Origin: Pseudomonas aeruginosa
GTDB taxonomy: Bacteria; Pseudomonadota; Gammaproteobacteria; Pseudomonadales; Pseudomonadaceae
Assembly: GCF_001457615.1 (NCBI RefSeq)
Contig: NZ_LN831024.1
Coordinates: 5,340,001 to 5,372,000, forward strand
Reading direction: 5' to 3'
DNA length: 32,000 bases
Part shown: positions 21,632 through 32,000 of the stretch, piece by piece
How the letters are laid out: each line of letters opens with the position of its first letter
Position numbering within the stretch: position 1 is the first letter of the stretch
The notes under the pieces: generated by a model
Told to the model about the DNA's origin: nothing
What the model saw: the letters and a program-made list of their open reading frames with translations, nothing else
Database searches by the model: none
Made by a program: the position numbers and the translations under genes

Positions 21632-23737
21632 TTACACGCCGGAAGCTTCGGCGGCAGCCACGTCCTTGATCGACAGCTTGATGCGGCCACGGTTGTCCAC
21701 GTCGAGCACCAGGACCTTCACTTCCTGGCCTTCCTGCAGCACGTCGGTGACCTTGTCGATGCGCTTGTCGCTGATCTGCGAGATATGCACCAGGCCGTCC
21801 TTGCCCGGCAGGATGTTGACGAAGGCACCGAAGTCGACGATGCGCTCCACCTTGCCGACGTAGATCTTGCCGATCTCGGCTTCCGCGGTGATCGCCAGGA
21901 CGCGCAGCTTGGCGGCCTCGGCGGCTTCCTTGGTTTCGCCGTAGATCTTCACGCTGCCATCGTCCTCGATGTCGATCGAGGCCTTGGTCTCTTCGCAGAT
22001 ACCACGGATGGTCGCGCCGCCCTTGCCGATGACGTCGCGGATCTTGTCCGAGTCGATCTTCATCTGCAGCATGGTCGGGGCGTTCTCGGACAGCTCGGCG
22101 CGAGGCTTGGCGATGACCTGGTTCATCTGGCCGAGGATGTTCAGGCGAGCTTCCAGGGCCTGGCCCAGGGCGATCTCCATGATCTCTTCGGTGATACCGT
22201 TGATCTTGATGTCCATCTGCAGGGCGGTGACGCCCTTGTCGGTACCGGCAACCTTGAAGTCCATGTCGCCCAGGTGGTCTTCGTCACCGAGGATGTCGGT
22301 CAGGACGGCGAACTTCTCGCCTTCCTTGACCAGGCCCATGGCGATACCGGCGACCGGCGCCTTGACCGGCACACCGGCATCCATCAGCGCCAGGGAGGCG
22401 CCGCACACGGAGGCCATCGAGCTGGAACCGTTGGACTCGGTGATCTCGGAAACCACGCGAATGGTGTAGGGGAACTCGTCCTGGGTCGGCAGCATGGCAG
22501 CGACGCCACGACGGGCCAGACGGCCATGGCCGATTTCACGACGACCCGGGCTGCCCATGCGGCCGCACTCGCCTACCGAGAAGGGCGGGAAGTTGTAGTG
22601 CAGCATGAAGGCGTCCTTGCGCTCGCCTTCCAGGGTATCCAGCAACTGGGCATCGCGCGCGGTGCCGAGGGTCGCGACGACCAGGGCCTGGGTTTCGCCA
22701 CGGGTGAACAGCGCGGAACCGTGGGTCTTGCCGAGCACGCCGACTTCGATGCGCAGCGGACGCACGGTACGGGTGTCACGACCGTCGATACGCGGCTTGC
22801 CGTTGACGATGTTCTCGCGAACGGTGCGGTATTCCAGCAGGCCGAATACGTCCTTGACCTCGGAAGCCGGGAACTTGCCCTCTTCCTCGCCGGCGAACAG
22901 GGCCACGGCCTGGTCGCGCAGCTCGCCCAGACGGTTGTAGCGGTCCTGCTTGATGGTGATGGTATAGGCCTGGGAGATCGCTTCGCCCAGCTCTGCCTTG
23001 ATGGCGTTGACCAGCACGGTGTTTTCCGCCGGGGCTTTCCAGTCCCAGGCCGGCTTGCCAGCTTCGGCGGCCAGCTCCTTGACGGCACGGATCACCGCCT
23101 GGAACTCGTCGTGGGCGAACAGCACGGCACCGAGCATCTGGTCTTCGGTCAGTTCGTCGGCCTCGGACTCCACCATCAGCACGGCGTCTTCGGTACCGGC
23201 CACGACCATGTCGAGGCTGGAACTCTGCAGTTGCTCGTAGGTGGGGTTGAGGATGTAGCCGATTTCCGGGTGGAAACCGACGCGGGCGGCGCCGATCGGG
23301 CCGCCGAACGGAATGCCGGAGATCGCCAGGGCGGCGGAGGTGCCGATCATCGCGGCGATGTCCGGATCGGACTTCTTGTTGGTGGAAACGACGGTGCAGA
23401 CGACCTGCACTTCATTCATGAAACCTTCGGGGAACAGCGGACGGATCGGACGGTCGATCAGGCGCGAGGTCAGGGTTTCCTTCTCGGAAGGACGTCCTTC
23501 ACGCTTGAAGAAACCACCGGGGATACGGCCTGCGGCGTAGGTCTTTTCCTGGTAGTGCACGGACAGCGGGAAGAAGTCGCGGCCTTCGGCCGGCGACTTG
23601 GCGCCGACCACGGTGACCAGCACGCTGACGTCGTCCATGGTGACCAGTACGGCGCCGGTGGCCTGGCGAGCGATACGGCCGGTCTCGAGAGTGACGGTCG
23701 ACTGACCGAACTGGAATTGCTTGGTTACCGGGTTCAC
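21632..23737 (-). CDS. pnp: Polynucleotide phosphorylase
   Basis: 701 aa with a GTG start at 23737 (SD GAAGG). Two RNase PH domains, then KH and S1 (..[32 protein letters not shown]..). Confidence 0.96.
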   Translation of the reverse strand: MNPVTKQFQFGQSTVTLETGRIARQATGAVLVTMDDVSVLVTVVGAKSPAEGRDFFPLSVHYQEKTYAAGRIPGGFFKREGRPSEKETLTSRLIDRPIRPLFPEGFMNEVQVVCTVVSTNKKSDPDIAAMIGTSAALAISGIPFGGPIGAARVGFHPEIGYILNPTYEQLQSSSLDMVVAGTEDAVLMVESEADELTEDQMLGAVLFAHDEFQAVIRAVKELAAEAGKPAWDWKAPAENTVLVNAIKAELGEAISQAYTITIKQDRYNRLGELRDQAVALFAGEEEGKFPASEVKDVFGLLEYRTVRENIVNGKPRIDGRDTRTVRPLRIEVGVLGKTHGSALFTRGETQALVVATLGTARDAQLLDTLEGERKDAFMLHYNFPPFSVGECGRMGSPGRREIGHGRLARRGVAAMLPTQDEFPYTIRVVSEITESNGSSSMASVCGASLALMDAGVPVKAPVAGIAMGLVKEGEKFAVLTDILGDEDHLGDMDFKVAGTDKGVTALQMDIKINGITEEIMEIALGQALEARLNILGQMNQVIAKPRAELSENAPTMLQMKIDSDKIRDVIGKGGATIRGICEETKASIDIEDDGSVKIYGETKEAAEAAKLRVLAITAEAEIGKIYVGKVERIVDFGAFVNILPGKDGLVHISQISDKRIDKVTDVLQEGQEVKVLVLDVDNRGRIKLSIKDVAAAEASGV

Positions 23738-23821
23738 GGTGTCTTTACCTTCTATGTTGCCTTGGGGGAAATCGGTGGAATGCCGGGAGTCGGACCCGAA
23801 TCGATTCCTAGAAAGCGCGAA

Positions 23822-23880
23822 GCTGGAAGCCCGACGCCGATACCCGCCTCGTGTGCGGGTATCGACGCCAGACTTCCAGC
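23822..23880 (-). promoter_or_regulatory. Long leader helix in the rpsO-pnp spacer (candidate RNase III processing / pnp autoregulation site and rpsO 3' stabiliser)
   Basis: On the minus-strand RNA, GCUGGAAGUCUGGCGUCGAUACCCGC-acacgag-GCGGGUAUCGGCGUCGGGCUUCCAGC forms 26 contiguous pairs, 4 of them G-U. On the opposite strand those four positions would be C-A mismatches. Confidence 0.65.
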
Positions 23881-23910
23881 TTCTTGCTTCAAGCTGCCGA
23901 CCGGCGTCGC

Positions 23911-24180
23911 TTAGCGACGCAGACCCAGACGGCCGATCAGGGCAGTGTAGCGAGACACGTCTTTGCCCTTCAGGTAGTCCAGCAGCTTACGGCGCTGGTT
24001 AACCATACGGATCAGACCACGGCGGGAATGGTGATCCTTGCCGTTGGCCTTGAAGTGATCCTGCAGCTTGTTGATGTTGGCGGACAGCAGGGCTACCTGC
24101 ACTTCCGGGGAACCGGTGTCGCCTTCAGCTTGCTTGTATTCGTTAACGATCTGCGCTTTTTCTTCAACGCTCAGTGCCAT
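23911..24180 (-). CDS. rpsO: 30S ribosomal protein S15
   Basis: 89 aa, [71 protein letters not shown].... Confidence 0.96.
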
Positions 24181-24275
24181 GATGGGCTTCCTCTGAGTGA
24201 ACAGGCCGGGAATCGCTTCCCGTGTTTTAAAAGGAGGAATGACCGTGCCTGCTGACAGCCACCCTCGTATCGGTC

Positions 24276-25190
24276 TTATGACCGAATCAGTCGACGCGGG
24301 GCGATACGCCCGTCGTCGGTCACTTCACCGATACCGATGAAACGACCTGTGTGATCCTGCACCCGCAACCAGCCGAACTTCGGCGCTTCCGGGGCCCGCA
24401 CCGGCTGCCCGTGCAGCCAGTAGTACGCACTGTGCTCGGACAACTGCAACACCGGCCAATGCAACAGGCCGCTGTCTTCCGGCATCAGGAATTGGTCCAG
24501 CGCTTCCGGACCACCTTCGGCATGCACGCGTTCGAGCGTCTCGAGGGTGATCGCCTGGGCCAGGGCGAACGGCCCGGCCTGGGTCCGCCGCAGTGCCGCG
24601 ACGTGCGCGCCGCAGCCCAGGACCCGGCCAAGATCTTCCACCAGCGTACGCACGTAGGTGCCTTTGCTGCAGGAAACGGCCAGGGTCGCACAGGGCGGCT
24701 CGAAGGAGAGCAAATCCAGGCGCGTAATAGTAACAGAACGCGCCTCGCGCTCCACTACCTCTCCTGCACGGGCGAGCTTGTACAGCGGCTGTCCGTCTTT
24801 CTTCAGCGCCGAGTACATCGGCGGCACCTGCTCTATGTCGCCACGGAAGCGCGGCAGGGCCTGTTCGAGATCGTCCCGACCGACGGTCACGTCCCGCTCG
24901 GCGAGCAGTTCGCCCTCGGCGTCGCCGGTGGTGGTGGTGATGCCCATGCGCATCACCGTCTCGTAACCCTTGTCGGCATCGAGAAGATACTGGGAGAACT
25001 TGGTCGCCTCGCCGAAGCACAGCGGCAGCACCCCGGTGGCCAGTGGGTCGAGGCTGCCGGTGTGGCCGGCCTTCTCGGCATTGAGCAGCCAGCGGACTTT
25101 CTGCAGTGCCTGGTTGGAACTCATGCCGCGCGGCTTGTCGAGCACCAGGATGCCGCTGATGGAGCGGCGGATACGCTTCACCTGGGCCAC
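24276..25190 (-). CDS. truB: tRNA pseudouridine-55 synthase
   Basis: 304 aa from GTG 25190, two nt after the rbfA stop. Starts (M)[26 protein letters not shown]. The catalytic-Asp motif is [13 protein letters not shown]. The track ORF extended to 25592 overlaps rbfA out of frame and is not credible. Confidence 0.92.
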
Positions 25191-25192
25191 GC

Positions 25193-25585
25193 TCAGTCCT
25201 CGGTCTCGTCGTCGCCGTGGCGGCGGCCGTCTTCGGCCACCGCACGCTCGATCAGCGCCGACAGCTCGGCGCCGCGGCGGATGCTTTCGTCGTAGTGGAA
25301 ATGCAGTTGCGGCACGCTGCGCAGCTTCATCGACTTGCCCAGCAGCATGCGCAGGTAGCCGGCGGCGTCGTTGAGGATTTCCATGTTCAGGGCGATCTTG
25401 CCGGCATCGTCCTGGCCCATGACGGTGATGAACACCTTGGCGTGCGCCACGTCGCGGCTGACCTCGACACCGGTGATGGTGACCAGGCCCAGGCGCGGGT
25501 CCTTGATCTCGCGCTGGATCAGTTGAGCCAGTTCGCGTTGCATCTGATCGCCGATACGCTGGGTACGGCTGTAGTCTTTTGCCAT
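25193..25585 (-). CDS. rbfA: Ribosome-binding factor A
   Basis: 130 aa, [52 protein letters not shown].... Confidence 0.95.
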   Translation of the reverse strand: MAKDYSRTQRIGDQMQRELAQLIQREIKDPRLGLVTITGVEVSRDVAHAKVFITVMGQDDAGKIALNMEILNDAAGYLRMLLGKSMKLRSVPQLHFHYDESIRRGAELSALIERAVAEDGRRHGDDETED

Positions 25586-25687
25586 TTTTCAACCTGCCTC
25601 CAGCGACACCCGGTCACTGGAAAAAAAAGCGACAAACGCCCGGGACAGCTGGAAGCCGGCCCGGGCGCTGTGGTTACGCACTCGCCA

Positions 25688-28210
25688 TCAAAGGCTGCGT
25701 GCGACTTCGACCTTCTCGAACACTTCGATCTTGTCGCCGACCTTGACGTCGTTGTAGCTCTTCACGCCGATGCCACACTCCATGCCGGCACGCACTTCGG
25801 CGACGTCGTCCTTGAAGCGACGGAGAGACTCCAGCTCGCCTTCGAAGATGACCACGTCGTCGCGCAGCACGCGGATCGGACGGTTGCGGTGCACCATGCC
25901 CTCGGTGACCATGCAGCCGGCGATCGCGCCGAACTTCGGCGAGCGGAACACGTCGCGCACCTCGGCGATGCCCAGGATGTTCTCCCGCAGATCGCTGCCG
26001 AGCATGCCGGTCAGGGCCTTCTTGACGTCCTCGATGATGTCGTAGATCACGTTGTAGTAACGCATATCCAGACCTTCGGCTTCGACGATCTTGCGCGCGC
26101 CGGCGTCGGCACGCACGTTGAAGCCGAACAGCACCGCGTTGGAAGCCAGCGCCAGGTTGGCGTCGGACTCGGTGATGCCACCGACGCCGCCACCGACCAC
26201 GCGGACCTGCACTTCGTCGTTGCCCAGGCCGCTGAGCGAGCCTTGCAGAGCCTCGAGCGAACCGCGCACATCGGCCTTGAGGACGATGTTCAGGGTCTTC
26301 TTCTCTTCCTGGCCCATGTTCTCGAAGATGTTTTCCAGCTTGCCGGCATGGGCACGCGCCAGTTTCACCTCACGGAACTTGCCTTGACGGAACAGGGCGA
26401 CTTCGCGGGCCTTCTTCTCGTCGGCGACCACGGTCATCTCGTCACCGGCATCCGGCGTACCGTCCAGGCCGAGGATCTCGACCGGGATCGACGGGCCGGC
26501 TTCCTTGATCGGCTTGCCGTTCTCGTCGAGCATGGCGCGGACACGACCGTAGTTGATGCCGACCAGCACCATGTCGCCCTGGCGCAGGGTACCGTCCTGG
26601 ACCAGCACGGTGGCCACCGGGCCGCGTCCCTTGTCCAGGCGCGACTCGACCACCACGCCACGGCCCGGGGCCGACGGAGTGGCTTTCAGTTCGAGCACTT
26701 CCGCCTGCAGCAGGACCGCTTCGAGCAGTTCATCGACGCCAGTACCGAGCTTCGCCGAAACCGGGACGAAGGGAGCGTCGCCGCCCCACTCTTCCGGGAT
26801 CACGTCGAGAGCGGCCAGGCCGTTCTTGATGTTGTCCGGGTTGGCCTCGGGCTTGTCGATCTTGTTCACCGCGACCACGATCGGCACGCCCGCCGCTTTC
26901 GCGTGCTGCACGGCTTCCTGGGTCTGAGGCATGACACCGTCGTCGGCCGCGACCACCAGGATCACGATGTCGGTCGCCTGGGCGCCACGGGCACGCATCG
27001 CGGTGAACGCGGCGTGGCCGGGGGTATCCAGGAAGGTCACCATGCCACGCTCGGTTTCGACGTGGTAGGCACCGATATGCTGGGTGATGCCACCGGCCTC
27101 GCCCGCGGCGACCTTGGCGCGACGGATGTAGTCGAGCAGCGAGGTCTTGCCGTGGTCGACGTGGCCCATGACGGTGACGACCGGCGCGCGGGTGACCGCC
27201 TCGCCTTCGAACTTCAGGGACTCGGCCAGTTGTTCTTCCAGCGCGTTCTCGCTGACCAGCTTGACCTTGTGGCCCAGCTCTTCGGCGACCAGTTGGGCGG
27301 TCTCCTGGTCCAGGACCTGGTTGATGGTCACCGGGGAGCCCATCTTGAACATGAACTTGACGACTTCGGCACCCTTGACCGACATCTGGGCGGCCAACTC
27401 GGCTACGGTGATGGTCTCACCGATGTTCACTTCACGCACGATCGGTCCTGTCGGGTTCTGGAACCCGTGCTGGTTGCGCTTCTTCAGCTTCGACTTGCCA
27501 CCACGACCGCCGCGACGGTAACCATCGCTTTCCTCGTCGGTGCTGCGTGGAGCCACGCGCGGAGCAGGAACCTTTTCCTTCTCCTTGACCGAGGGACGGT
27601 GCTGGGTGTGCTTGCGGTCGCGGCGGTCATCGTCCTCGTCACGCTTGGGCACGCGGCGCGGCTCTTCCTTCTTGCGCTCTTCCACGGCGGCAGGCTTGGC
27701 CACTGGTTCGGCAACCGCGACATCCGCCACCACGGCAGGCTCGGCACCGGCAGTAGCCGCTGCTTCCTGGGCAGCCTTGGCACGCGCAGCTTCCTCGGCC
27801 TTGCGCGCTTCCTCTTCGGCACGCTGGCGGGCAGCGGCCTCTTCGGCCTTCAGACGCTCCGCCTCTTCCGCCGCGCGCTGCTCCTCGAGTTCGCGCTGGC
27901 GCTCGGCCTCGATCTCGTCGGGGCTGCGCTTGACATAGGTTTTCTTCTTGCGAACTTCGACGCTCACCGTCTTGCTGCCACCCACTTTCAGCGTGGTAGT
28001 GGTCTTGCGTTGCAGGGTGATCTTGCGCGGCTCGCTGGCGCGATCGCCATGGCTGCCTTTCAGGTGGGTCAGCAGGGCTTGCTTCTCGCTATCCGTTACA
28101 ACTTGTTCGGCACTGGTGTGCGGCAGACCTGCGTCACGCATCTGCAGCAGCAGGCGCTCCACCGGTGTGTCGACCACCTGGGCCAGTTCTTTCACCGTGA
28201 CTTGCGTCAT
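25688..28210 (-). CDS. infB: Translation initiation factor IF-2
   Basis: 840 aa. Charged Ala/Glu/Lys/Arg-rich N-terminal region. G-domain motifs [17 protein letters not shown] and NKID. SD GAGGAGAG. Confidence 0.96.
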   Translation of the reverse strand: MTQVTVKELAQVVDTPVERLLLQMRDAGLPHTSAEQVVTDSEKQALLTHLKGSHGDRASEPRKITLQRKTTTTLKVGGSKTVSVEVRKKKTYVKRSPDEIEAERQRELEEQRAAEEAERLKAEEAAARQRAEEEARKAEEAARAKAAQEAAATAGAEPAVVADVAVAEPVAKPAAVEERKKEEPRRVPKRDEDDDRRDRKHTQHRPSVKEKEKVPAPRVAPRSTDEESDGYRRGGRGGKSKLKKRNQHGFQNPTGPIVREVNIGETITVAELAAQMSVKGAEVVKFMFKMGSPVTINQVLDQETAQLVAEELGHKVKLVSENALEEQLAESLKFEGEAVTRAPVVTVMGHVDHGKTSLLDYIRRAKVAAGEAGGITQHIGAYHVETERGMVTFLDTPGHAAFTAMRARGAQATDIVILVVAADDGVMPQTQEAVQHAKAAGVPIVVAVNKIDKPEANPDNIKNGLAALDVIPEEWGGDAPFVPVSAKLGTGVDELLEAVLLQAEVLELKATPSAPGRGVVVESRLDKGRGPVATVLVQDGTLRQGDMVLVGINYGRVRAMLDENGKPIKEAGPSIPVEILGLDGTPDAGDEMTVVADEKKAREVALFRQGKFREVKLARAHAGKLENIFENMGQEEKKTLNIVLKADVRGSLEALQGSLSGLGNDEVQVRVVGGGVGGITESDANLALASNAVLFGFNVRADAGARKIVEAEGLDMRYYNVIYDIIEDVKKALTGMLGSDLRENILGIAEVRDVFRSPKFGAIAGCMVTEGMVHRNRPIRVLRDDVVIFEGELESLRRFKDDVAEVRAGMECGIGVKSYNDVKVGDKIEVFEKVEVARSL

Positions 28211-28237
28211 GCACTTCTCTCCTCAGGCCGCGACTGC

Positions 28238-29719
28238 TTACTCGAACCAATGGGCCCGGGCGGCCATGATCAACTTGCCGGCACGCTCTTCGTCCATGCC
28301 GTCGATGTCGAGCAGATCGTCGATCGATTGCTCGGCCAGATCTTCACGGGTGGTTACGCCACGCAGCGCCAGGTCCAGGGCCAGCTCCTTGCTCATGCCA
28401 TCGAGGCTGAGCAGGTCTTCTGCCGGTTGTGCGTCGGCGAGCTTCTCTTCGGTCGCAATGGCCTTGGTCAGCAGGCGATCCTTGGCACGGGAGCGCAGCT
28501 CGTTGACGATGTCTTCGTCGAAGCCATCGATGCTGAGCATCTCTTCCATCGGTACGTAGGCGATTTCCTCAAGAGTCGTGAAGCCCTCTTCCACCAGTAC
28601 CTGGGCCAGTTCCTCGTCGACATCCAGCTCGTCGACGAAGCGCTGCAGGATATCCCCGGTCTCGGCCTGTTGCTTGGCCTGGATATCCGCCTCGGTCATC
28701 ACATTCAGGGTCCAGCCGGTCAACTGGCTGGCCAGACGGACGTTCTGGCCACTGCGGCCGATAGCCTGCGCCAGATTGTCCTCGGCGACGGCGATATCCA
28801 TGGTATGGGTATCCTCGTCGACGATGATCGCCGCCACCTCGGCCGGAGCCATGGCGTTGATCACGAATTGCGCCGGGTTGTCGTCCCACAGGACGATGTC
28901 CACCCGCTCTCCACCGATCTCGCCGGATACCGCCTGGACGCGCGAACCGCGCATGCCGATGCAGGCGCCCTGCGGGTCGATGCGCTTGTCCTTGGAACGA
29001 ACGGCGATCTTGGCGCGCGAGCCCGGGTCACGGGCGGCGGCCATCACGTCGATCAACTGCTCGGCGATTTCCGGTACTTCGATGCGGAACAGCTCGATCA
29101 GCATTTCCGGCGCGGTACGCGACAGGACCAGTTGAGGACCGCGGTTCTCGGTACGGATCTCCTTCAGCAGGGCACGCACGCGGGTGCCAACGCGGAAGGT
29201 CTCGCGCGGAATGATCTGGTCGCGGGCCAGCAGCGCCTCGGCGTTGTTGCCGAGATCGACGATGACGTTGTCGCGGGTGACCTTCTTCACGGTACCGGAA
29301 ATGATCTCGCCGACCTTCTCGCGGTAGGCATCGACCACCTGGGCGCGCTCGGCCTCGCGGACCTTCTGCACGATGACCTGCTTGGCAGTCTGCGCAGCGA
29401 TGCGGCCGAACTCGATGGATTCGATCTTTTCTTCGATGACCTCGCCGACCTTCGCGCCCGGCTTCTGCTCCTGGACGTCCTCGACGGTGATCTCGGTGGC
29501 GGGGTCCTGGTAGTCCTCGTCGGCGACGACGTGCCAACGACGGAAAGTCTCGTAGCTGCCGTTATGACGATTGATCTCGACGCGCAGGTCGACCTCGTCC
29601 TCGAAACGTTTCTTGGTGGCGGTCGCCAGAGCCAGCTCCAGCGCCTCGAAAATCACGCCGGCCGGTACGCCCTTTTCGTTGGATACCGACTCAACAACCA
29701 GCAGTACTTCTTTGCTCAT
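28238..29719 (-). CDS. nusA: Transcription termination/antitermination factor NusA
   Basis: 493 aa. NTD, S1, KH1/KH2 and two C-terminal acidic HhH repeats (the gamma-proteobacterial architecture). Confidence 0.96.
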   Translation of the reverse strand: MSKEVLLVVESVSNEKGVPAGVIFEALELALATATKKRFEDEVDLRVEINRHNGSYETFRRWHVVADEDYQDPATEITVEDVQEQKPGAKVGEVIEEKIESIEFGRIAAQTAKQVIVQKVREAERAQVVDAYREKVGEIISGTVKKVTRDNVIVDLGNNAEALLARDQIIPRETFRVGTRVRALLKEIRTENRGPQLVLSRTAPEMLIELFRIEVPEIAEQLIDVMAAARDPGSRAKIAVRSKDKRIDPQGACIGMRGSRVQAVSGEIGGERVDIVLWDDNPAQFVINAMAPAEVAAIIVDEDTHTMDIAVAEDNLAQAIGRSGQNVRLASQLTGWTLNVMTEADIQAKQQAETGDILQRFVDELDVDEELAQVLVEEGFTTLEEIAYVPMEEMLSIDGFDEDIVNELRSRAKDRLLTKAIATEEKLADAQPAEDLLSLDGMSKELALDLALRGVTTREDLAEQSIDDLLDIDGMDEERAGKLIMAARAHWFE

Positions 29720-29763
29720 TGTACGCCTCGCCTTTCAATCCATTGGATCCGCGGATTCGCGTC

Positions 29764-30222
29764 TCAATCAAAACGGGGAATGATGTTGGCCTTGTCGATC
29801 GAATCGATCGGCAGCAGGTACTCGTGATCGTCCACCAGGACCACCACATCCTGCTCCTCCACACCACGGAGAATGCCTTGGTAGTTACGCCGCCCCTCAT
29901 AGGGCGAACGCAGCCTGATCTTCACTTGCTCGCCGGCATGCTTGGCGAACTGTTCGAGGGTGAACAGCGGCCGATCCATGCCCGGAGAGGACACCTCCAG
30001 GGTGTACTCGCCGCTGATCGGGTCTTCGACGTCGAGAATACCGCTGACCTGCCGACTGACGGCTTCACAGTCATCGATGAGGATGCCTTCGGGGCGGTCG
30101 ATATAGACGCGCAACACCGAATGACGACCCTGGGAAATGAACTCGACGCCCCAGCACTCATAGCCGAGCGCCTCGACCACAGGGGCCAGCAAGGCCTGCA
30201 ACTGTTCTAGCTTGCTCGACAC
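29764..30222 (-). CDS. rimP: Ribosome maturation factor RimP
   Basis: 152 aa from GTG 30222, with SD GAGG ~10 nt upstream. Starts (M)[27 protein letters not shown]. The ATG at 30252 in the track would add 10 residues and overlap the upstream terminator T tract. Confidence 0.85.
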   Translation of the reverse strand: MSSKLEQLQALLAPVVEALGYECWGVEFISQGRHSVLRVYIDRPEGILIDDCEAVSRQVSGILDVEDPISGEYTLEVSSPGMDRPLFTLEQFAKHAGEQVKIRLRSPYEGRRNYQGILRGVEEQDVVVLVDDHEYLLPIDSIDKANIIPRFD

Positions 30223-30246
30223 CTGATCGCCTCGCGTATGTCGTAG

Positions 30247-30272
30247 AAACAAAAAATGGGCGAAACGCCCAT
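30247..30272 (-). terminator. Leader intrinsic terminator 2 (immediately upstream of rimP)
   Basis: The minus strand reads ATGGGCG-ttt-CGCCCAT followed by TTTTTTGTTT. It lies 25 nt before the rimP GTG. Confidence 0.7.
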
Positions 30273-30316
30273 CCCTAAATTGCCACTCGGAACCGTGGCA
30301 TGGACTGTCCAGCTAA

Positions 30317-30340
30317 CAAAAAGCCCCTAAAAAGGGGCCC
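30317..30340 (-). terminator. Leader intrinsic terminator 1 (just after tRNA-fMet)
   Basis: The minus strand reads GCCCCT-tttt-AGGGGC followed by TTTTTG. It starts ~10 nt after the tRNA CCA end. Confidence 0.7.
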
Positions 30341-30348
30341 TGAAAAAC

Positions 30349-30425
<77 letters not shown>

Positions 30426-30441
30426 TCAAAGCTGGTGCAAG

Positions 30442-30470
30442 ATTATACGACCGACACCCTGATGGGTCAA
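30442..30470 (-). promoter_or_regulatory. Sigma70 promoter of the metY-rimP-nusA-infB operon
   Basis: The minus strand reads TTGACC, a 17-nt spacer, then TATAAT (-35 at 30465-30470, -10 at 30442-30447). The predicted +1 is ~10 nt before the mature tRNA 5' end. Confidence 0.75.
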
Positions 30471-30481
30471 CCGAACCTTGC

Positions 30482-30507
30482 AGAGACAAACCCCGCAGGA
30501 CGGGGCT
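30482..30507 (-). terminator. Terminator-like hairpin after tRNA-Leu (end of the secG-leuU unit)
   Basis: The minus strand reads AGCCCCG-tcctg-CGGGGTT followed by TGTCTCT. The stem is short and the U tract weak. Confidence 0.5.
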
Positions 30508-30515
30508 TGCTTATA

Positions 30516-30601
30516 TGGTACCGAGGAGGGGACTCGAACCCCTACAGCCTATGGCCACTACCACCTCAAGGTAGCGTGTCTACCAATTCCACCACCTCGG
30601 C
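30516..30601 (-). tRNA. leuU: tRNA-Leu (GAG), class II with long variable arm
   Basis: 86 nt: GCCGAGGTGGTGGAATTGGTAGACACGCTACCTTGAGGTGGTAGTGGCCATAGGCTGTAGGGGTTCGAGTCCCCTCCTCGGTACCA. Anticodon stem CTACC/GGTAG with loop TTGAGGT. It lies 13 nt after the secG stop, as in the E. coli secG-leuU unit. Confidence 0.93.
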
Positions 30602-30614
30602 AGAAACCTTTCTC

Positions 30615-31004
30615 TTACTTCTGTTCAGGAGCCGCCGGTACATCGCCTGCACTTTCCGCAGGCTTGGACTGCTCCTGAAGAACCGGCACATCGTCAGCGG
30701 CCGGTGCTTTCTCTTGCTTCTGCTCCAGAACTGCCGGATCCGGCAGCCCGATGTGTTGCAGAGCATCAGACTTTTCTTTAGCGAAGTACGCTAAGCCAAG
30801 GCTGGTCAAGAAAAAAACCGCTGCCAGTATACCAGTAATCCGACTCAAAAAGGTAGCGGAACCTTGGCTTCCGAAAACAGTTGCCGAAGCACCTGCACCG
30901 AAAGAAGCCCCTGCATCCGCACCCTTGCCATGCTGAACGAGGATCAGGCCAACAAGACCCAATGCCATCAGCAGGTGCACGACAATTACGACCTTTTCCA
31001 GCAT
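30615..31004 (-). CDS. secG: Preprotein translocase subunit SecG
   Basis: 129 aa, [69 protein letters not shown].... Confidence 0.93.
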   Translation of the reverse strand: MLEKVVIVVHLLMALGLVGLILVQHGKGADAGASFGAGASATVFGSQGSATFLSRITGILAAVFFLTSLGLAYFAKEKSDALQHIGLPDPAVLEQKQEKAPAADDVPVLQEQSKPAESAGDVPAAPEQK

Positions 31005-31006
31005 CT

Positions 31007-31762
31007 TCAGCTTCCCGCGGCACGACAGATCGCGCCGAACTCATCCGCATTGAGGGAGGCTCCACCTACCAGCCCCCCATCGATATCCGGCATGCCGAAC
31101 AACTCGGCTGCACTTGCCGCCTTTACACTGCCGCCGTAAAGGAGTCGCACACCTTTTGCGACCTCGGCATTTTCCGCTGCCAGTTGCGCGCGGATCGCCG
31201 CGTGCACTTCCTGGGCTTGCGCGGGGGACGCGGTCAACCCGGTCCCGATCGCCCAGACCGGCTCGTAAGCCACGACTGCGCGAGCAAAAGCTCCAACACC
31301 CAACTCGTCGATCACGCTTCCCAGCTGCCTTGCGACAACCTCCAGCGTCTTGCCCGCCTCGCGCTCCGCCCGGGTCTCCCCGACACACAGCACCGGCACC
31401 AGGCCGCACGACTGAGCCGCGGCAAACTTGCGACTCACAACCTCGTCACTCTCGCCGAGAATCAGGCGACGCTCCGAGTGGCCCACGAGGACCATGCTAC
31501 AACCGACATCCGCCAACTGACTGGGAGCAGTCTCACCGGTCAGCGCGCCTTGCATCGGCTCGACGGCGCTGTTCTGCGCACCTACATCGATCGCCTTGCC
31601 GGCCAGGCCCTGGATGACCTGACTGATGAACAAGCAAGGTGGCATCACAGCTACATCGACTCCGCTCGGCAACGCCAGCTGACGCAAGCCTTTGATCAAC
31701 TCGGCCACACTGGAATGCGTACCGTGCATTTTCCAGTTACCGGCCACCAAGGGTCGACGCAT
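31007..31762 (-). CDS. tpiA: Triosephosphate isomerase
   Basis: 251 aa. Starts [14 protein letters not shown]. Contains ..VLVGHSERR.. and ..[11 protein letters not shown]... Confidence 0.96.
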   Translation of the reverse strand: MRRPLVAGNWKMHGTHSSVAELIKGLRQLALPSGVDVAVMPPCLFISQVIQGLAGKAIDVGAQNSAVEPMQGALTGETAPSQLADVGCSMVLVGHSERRLILGESDEVVSRKFAAAQSCGLVPVLCVGETRAEREAGKTLEVVARQLGSVIDELGVGAFARAVVAYEPVWAIGTGLTASPAQAQEVHAAIRAQLAAENAEVAKGVRLLYGGSVKAASAAELFGMPDIDGGLVGGASLNADEFGAICRAAGS

Positions 31763-31827
31763 GCTGTACCTCGCGGGGCAAAGTGGGCGCAGATGTTACT
31801 CAACAGTTTCCAGACTGGCAAGCAAAA

Positions 31828-32000
31828 TCAAGCACATACCTCAGAAACAATTTTTGCCAGCTGTTCGGCGTGGGCACGAACGCTAGCTTCCTCGTCGCCC
31901 TCGACCATCACCCGGACCAACGGCTCTGTGCCGGATTTGCGCAGCAGGACACGGCCGCGCCCGCCCATTTGCTCGGTGACGCGGACGCTGGCCTCCTTCA
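31828..32000 (-). CDS. glmM: Phosphoglucosamine mutase, C-terminal 56 codons (gene starts beyond window end)
   Basis: Manual reverse-strand translation gives [56 protein letters not shown], with the stop at complement 31828-31830. [15 protein letters not shown] is the conserved C-terminal phosphohexomutase motif. It is not in the ORF track because it is truncated by the window edge. Confidence 0.88.
   Translation of the reverse strand, partial: KEASVRVTEQMGGRGRVLLRKSGTEPLVRVMVEGDEEASVRAHAEQLAKIVSEVCA

Noticed and set aside
21512-23914. 800-aa + strand ORF opposite pnp
   Set aside because: The same shadow-frame effect applies (same phase as pnp). The composition is repetitive D/L/G/H/V. The minus strand encodes an unmistakable PNPase.
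23904-23920. Perfect 7-bp hairpin GCGTCGC-TTA-GCGACGC with the rpsO stop codon in its loop
   Set aside because: It is very small, has a 3-nt loop and lacks a U tract. It is symmetric on both strands, so there is no strand-specific signal. It is probably incidental or a minor part of the rpsO 3' structure.
25217-29827. 1536-aa ORF on the + strand, the longest ORF in the window
   Set aside because: It is the codon-aligned antisense shadow of rbfA, infB and nusA. All three genes have codon boundaries in the same phase (positions congruent to 2 mod 3). With G/C at nearly every sense third position, the opposite-frame codons start with G/C and cannot be stops. The ORF ends as soon as it enters rimP, which is in another phase. 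Its translation is low-complexity Asp/Leu/Val/Gly/His/Arg with no recognisable domains.

Overview
High-GC (about 66%) gamma-proteobacterial core chromosome. Gene content, order and the crcZ sequence identify it as Pseudomonas aeruginosa. From memory it is collinear with PAO1 PA4722-PA4749. Plus-strand block: dksA, gluQ, a small unlisted ORF, cbrA, cbrB, the sRNA crcZ, pcnB, folK, panB, panC, panD, pgi and acs. These are followed by an MpaB/DUF2236-like gene, a large DUF748/AsmA-like envelope gene and two DUF2845 paralogs. Minus-strand block: csbD-like, BON/osmY-like, pnp, rpsO, truB, rbfA, infB, nusA, rimP, tRNA-fMet, tRNA-Leu(GAG), secG, tpiA and the 3' end of glmM. A partial aminotransferase gene sits at the left edge. 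I see no CRISPR array, IS or transposon, integrase, prophage, defence genes or compositional island, so this is an ordinary housekeeping region and I cannot support a novel multi-gene system. Points worth a second look: (1) a 58-codon two-helix membrane ORF overlapping the cbrA start and missing from the ORF track; (2) an apparent 1-nt frameshift splitting the roughly 1088-codon DUF748 gene inside its disordered linker; (3) the uncharacterised DUF748 plus 2x DUF2845 envelope operon; (4) a near-consensus sigma54-type -24/-12 element with an upstream repeated TTGCA-N3-TGC element (one copy a full palindrome) and an AT-rich IHF-like tract in front of the BON-csbD stress genes; (5) tandem intrinsic terminators in the metY-rimP-nusA leader; (6) a strand-specific 26-bp helix in the rpsO-pnp spacer; (7) an Hfq/Crc-type A-rich motif on the acs ribosome binding site. 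The many very long opposite-strand ORFs in the track are codon-aligned shadows of real genes.
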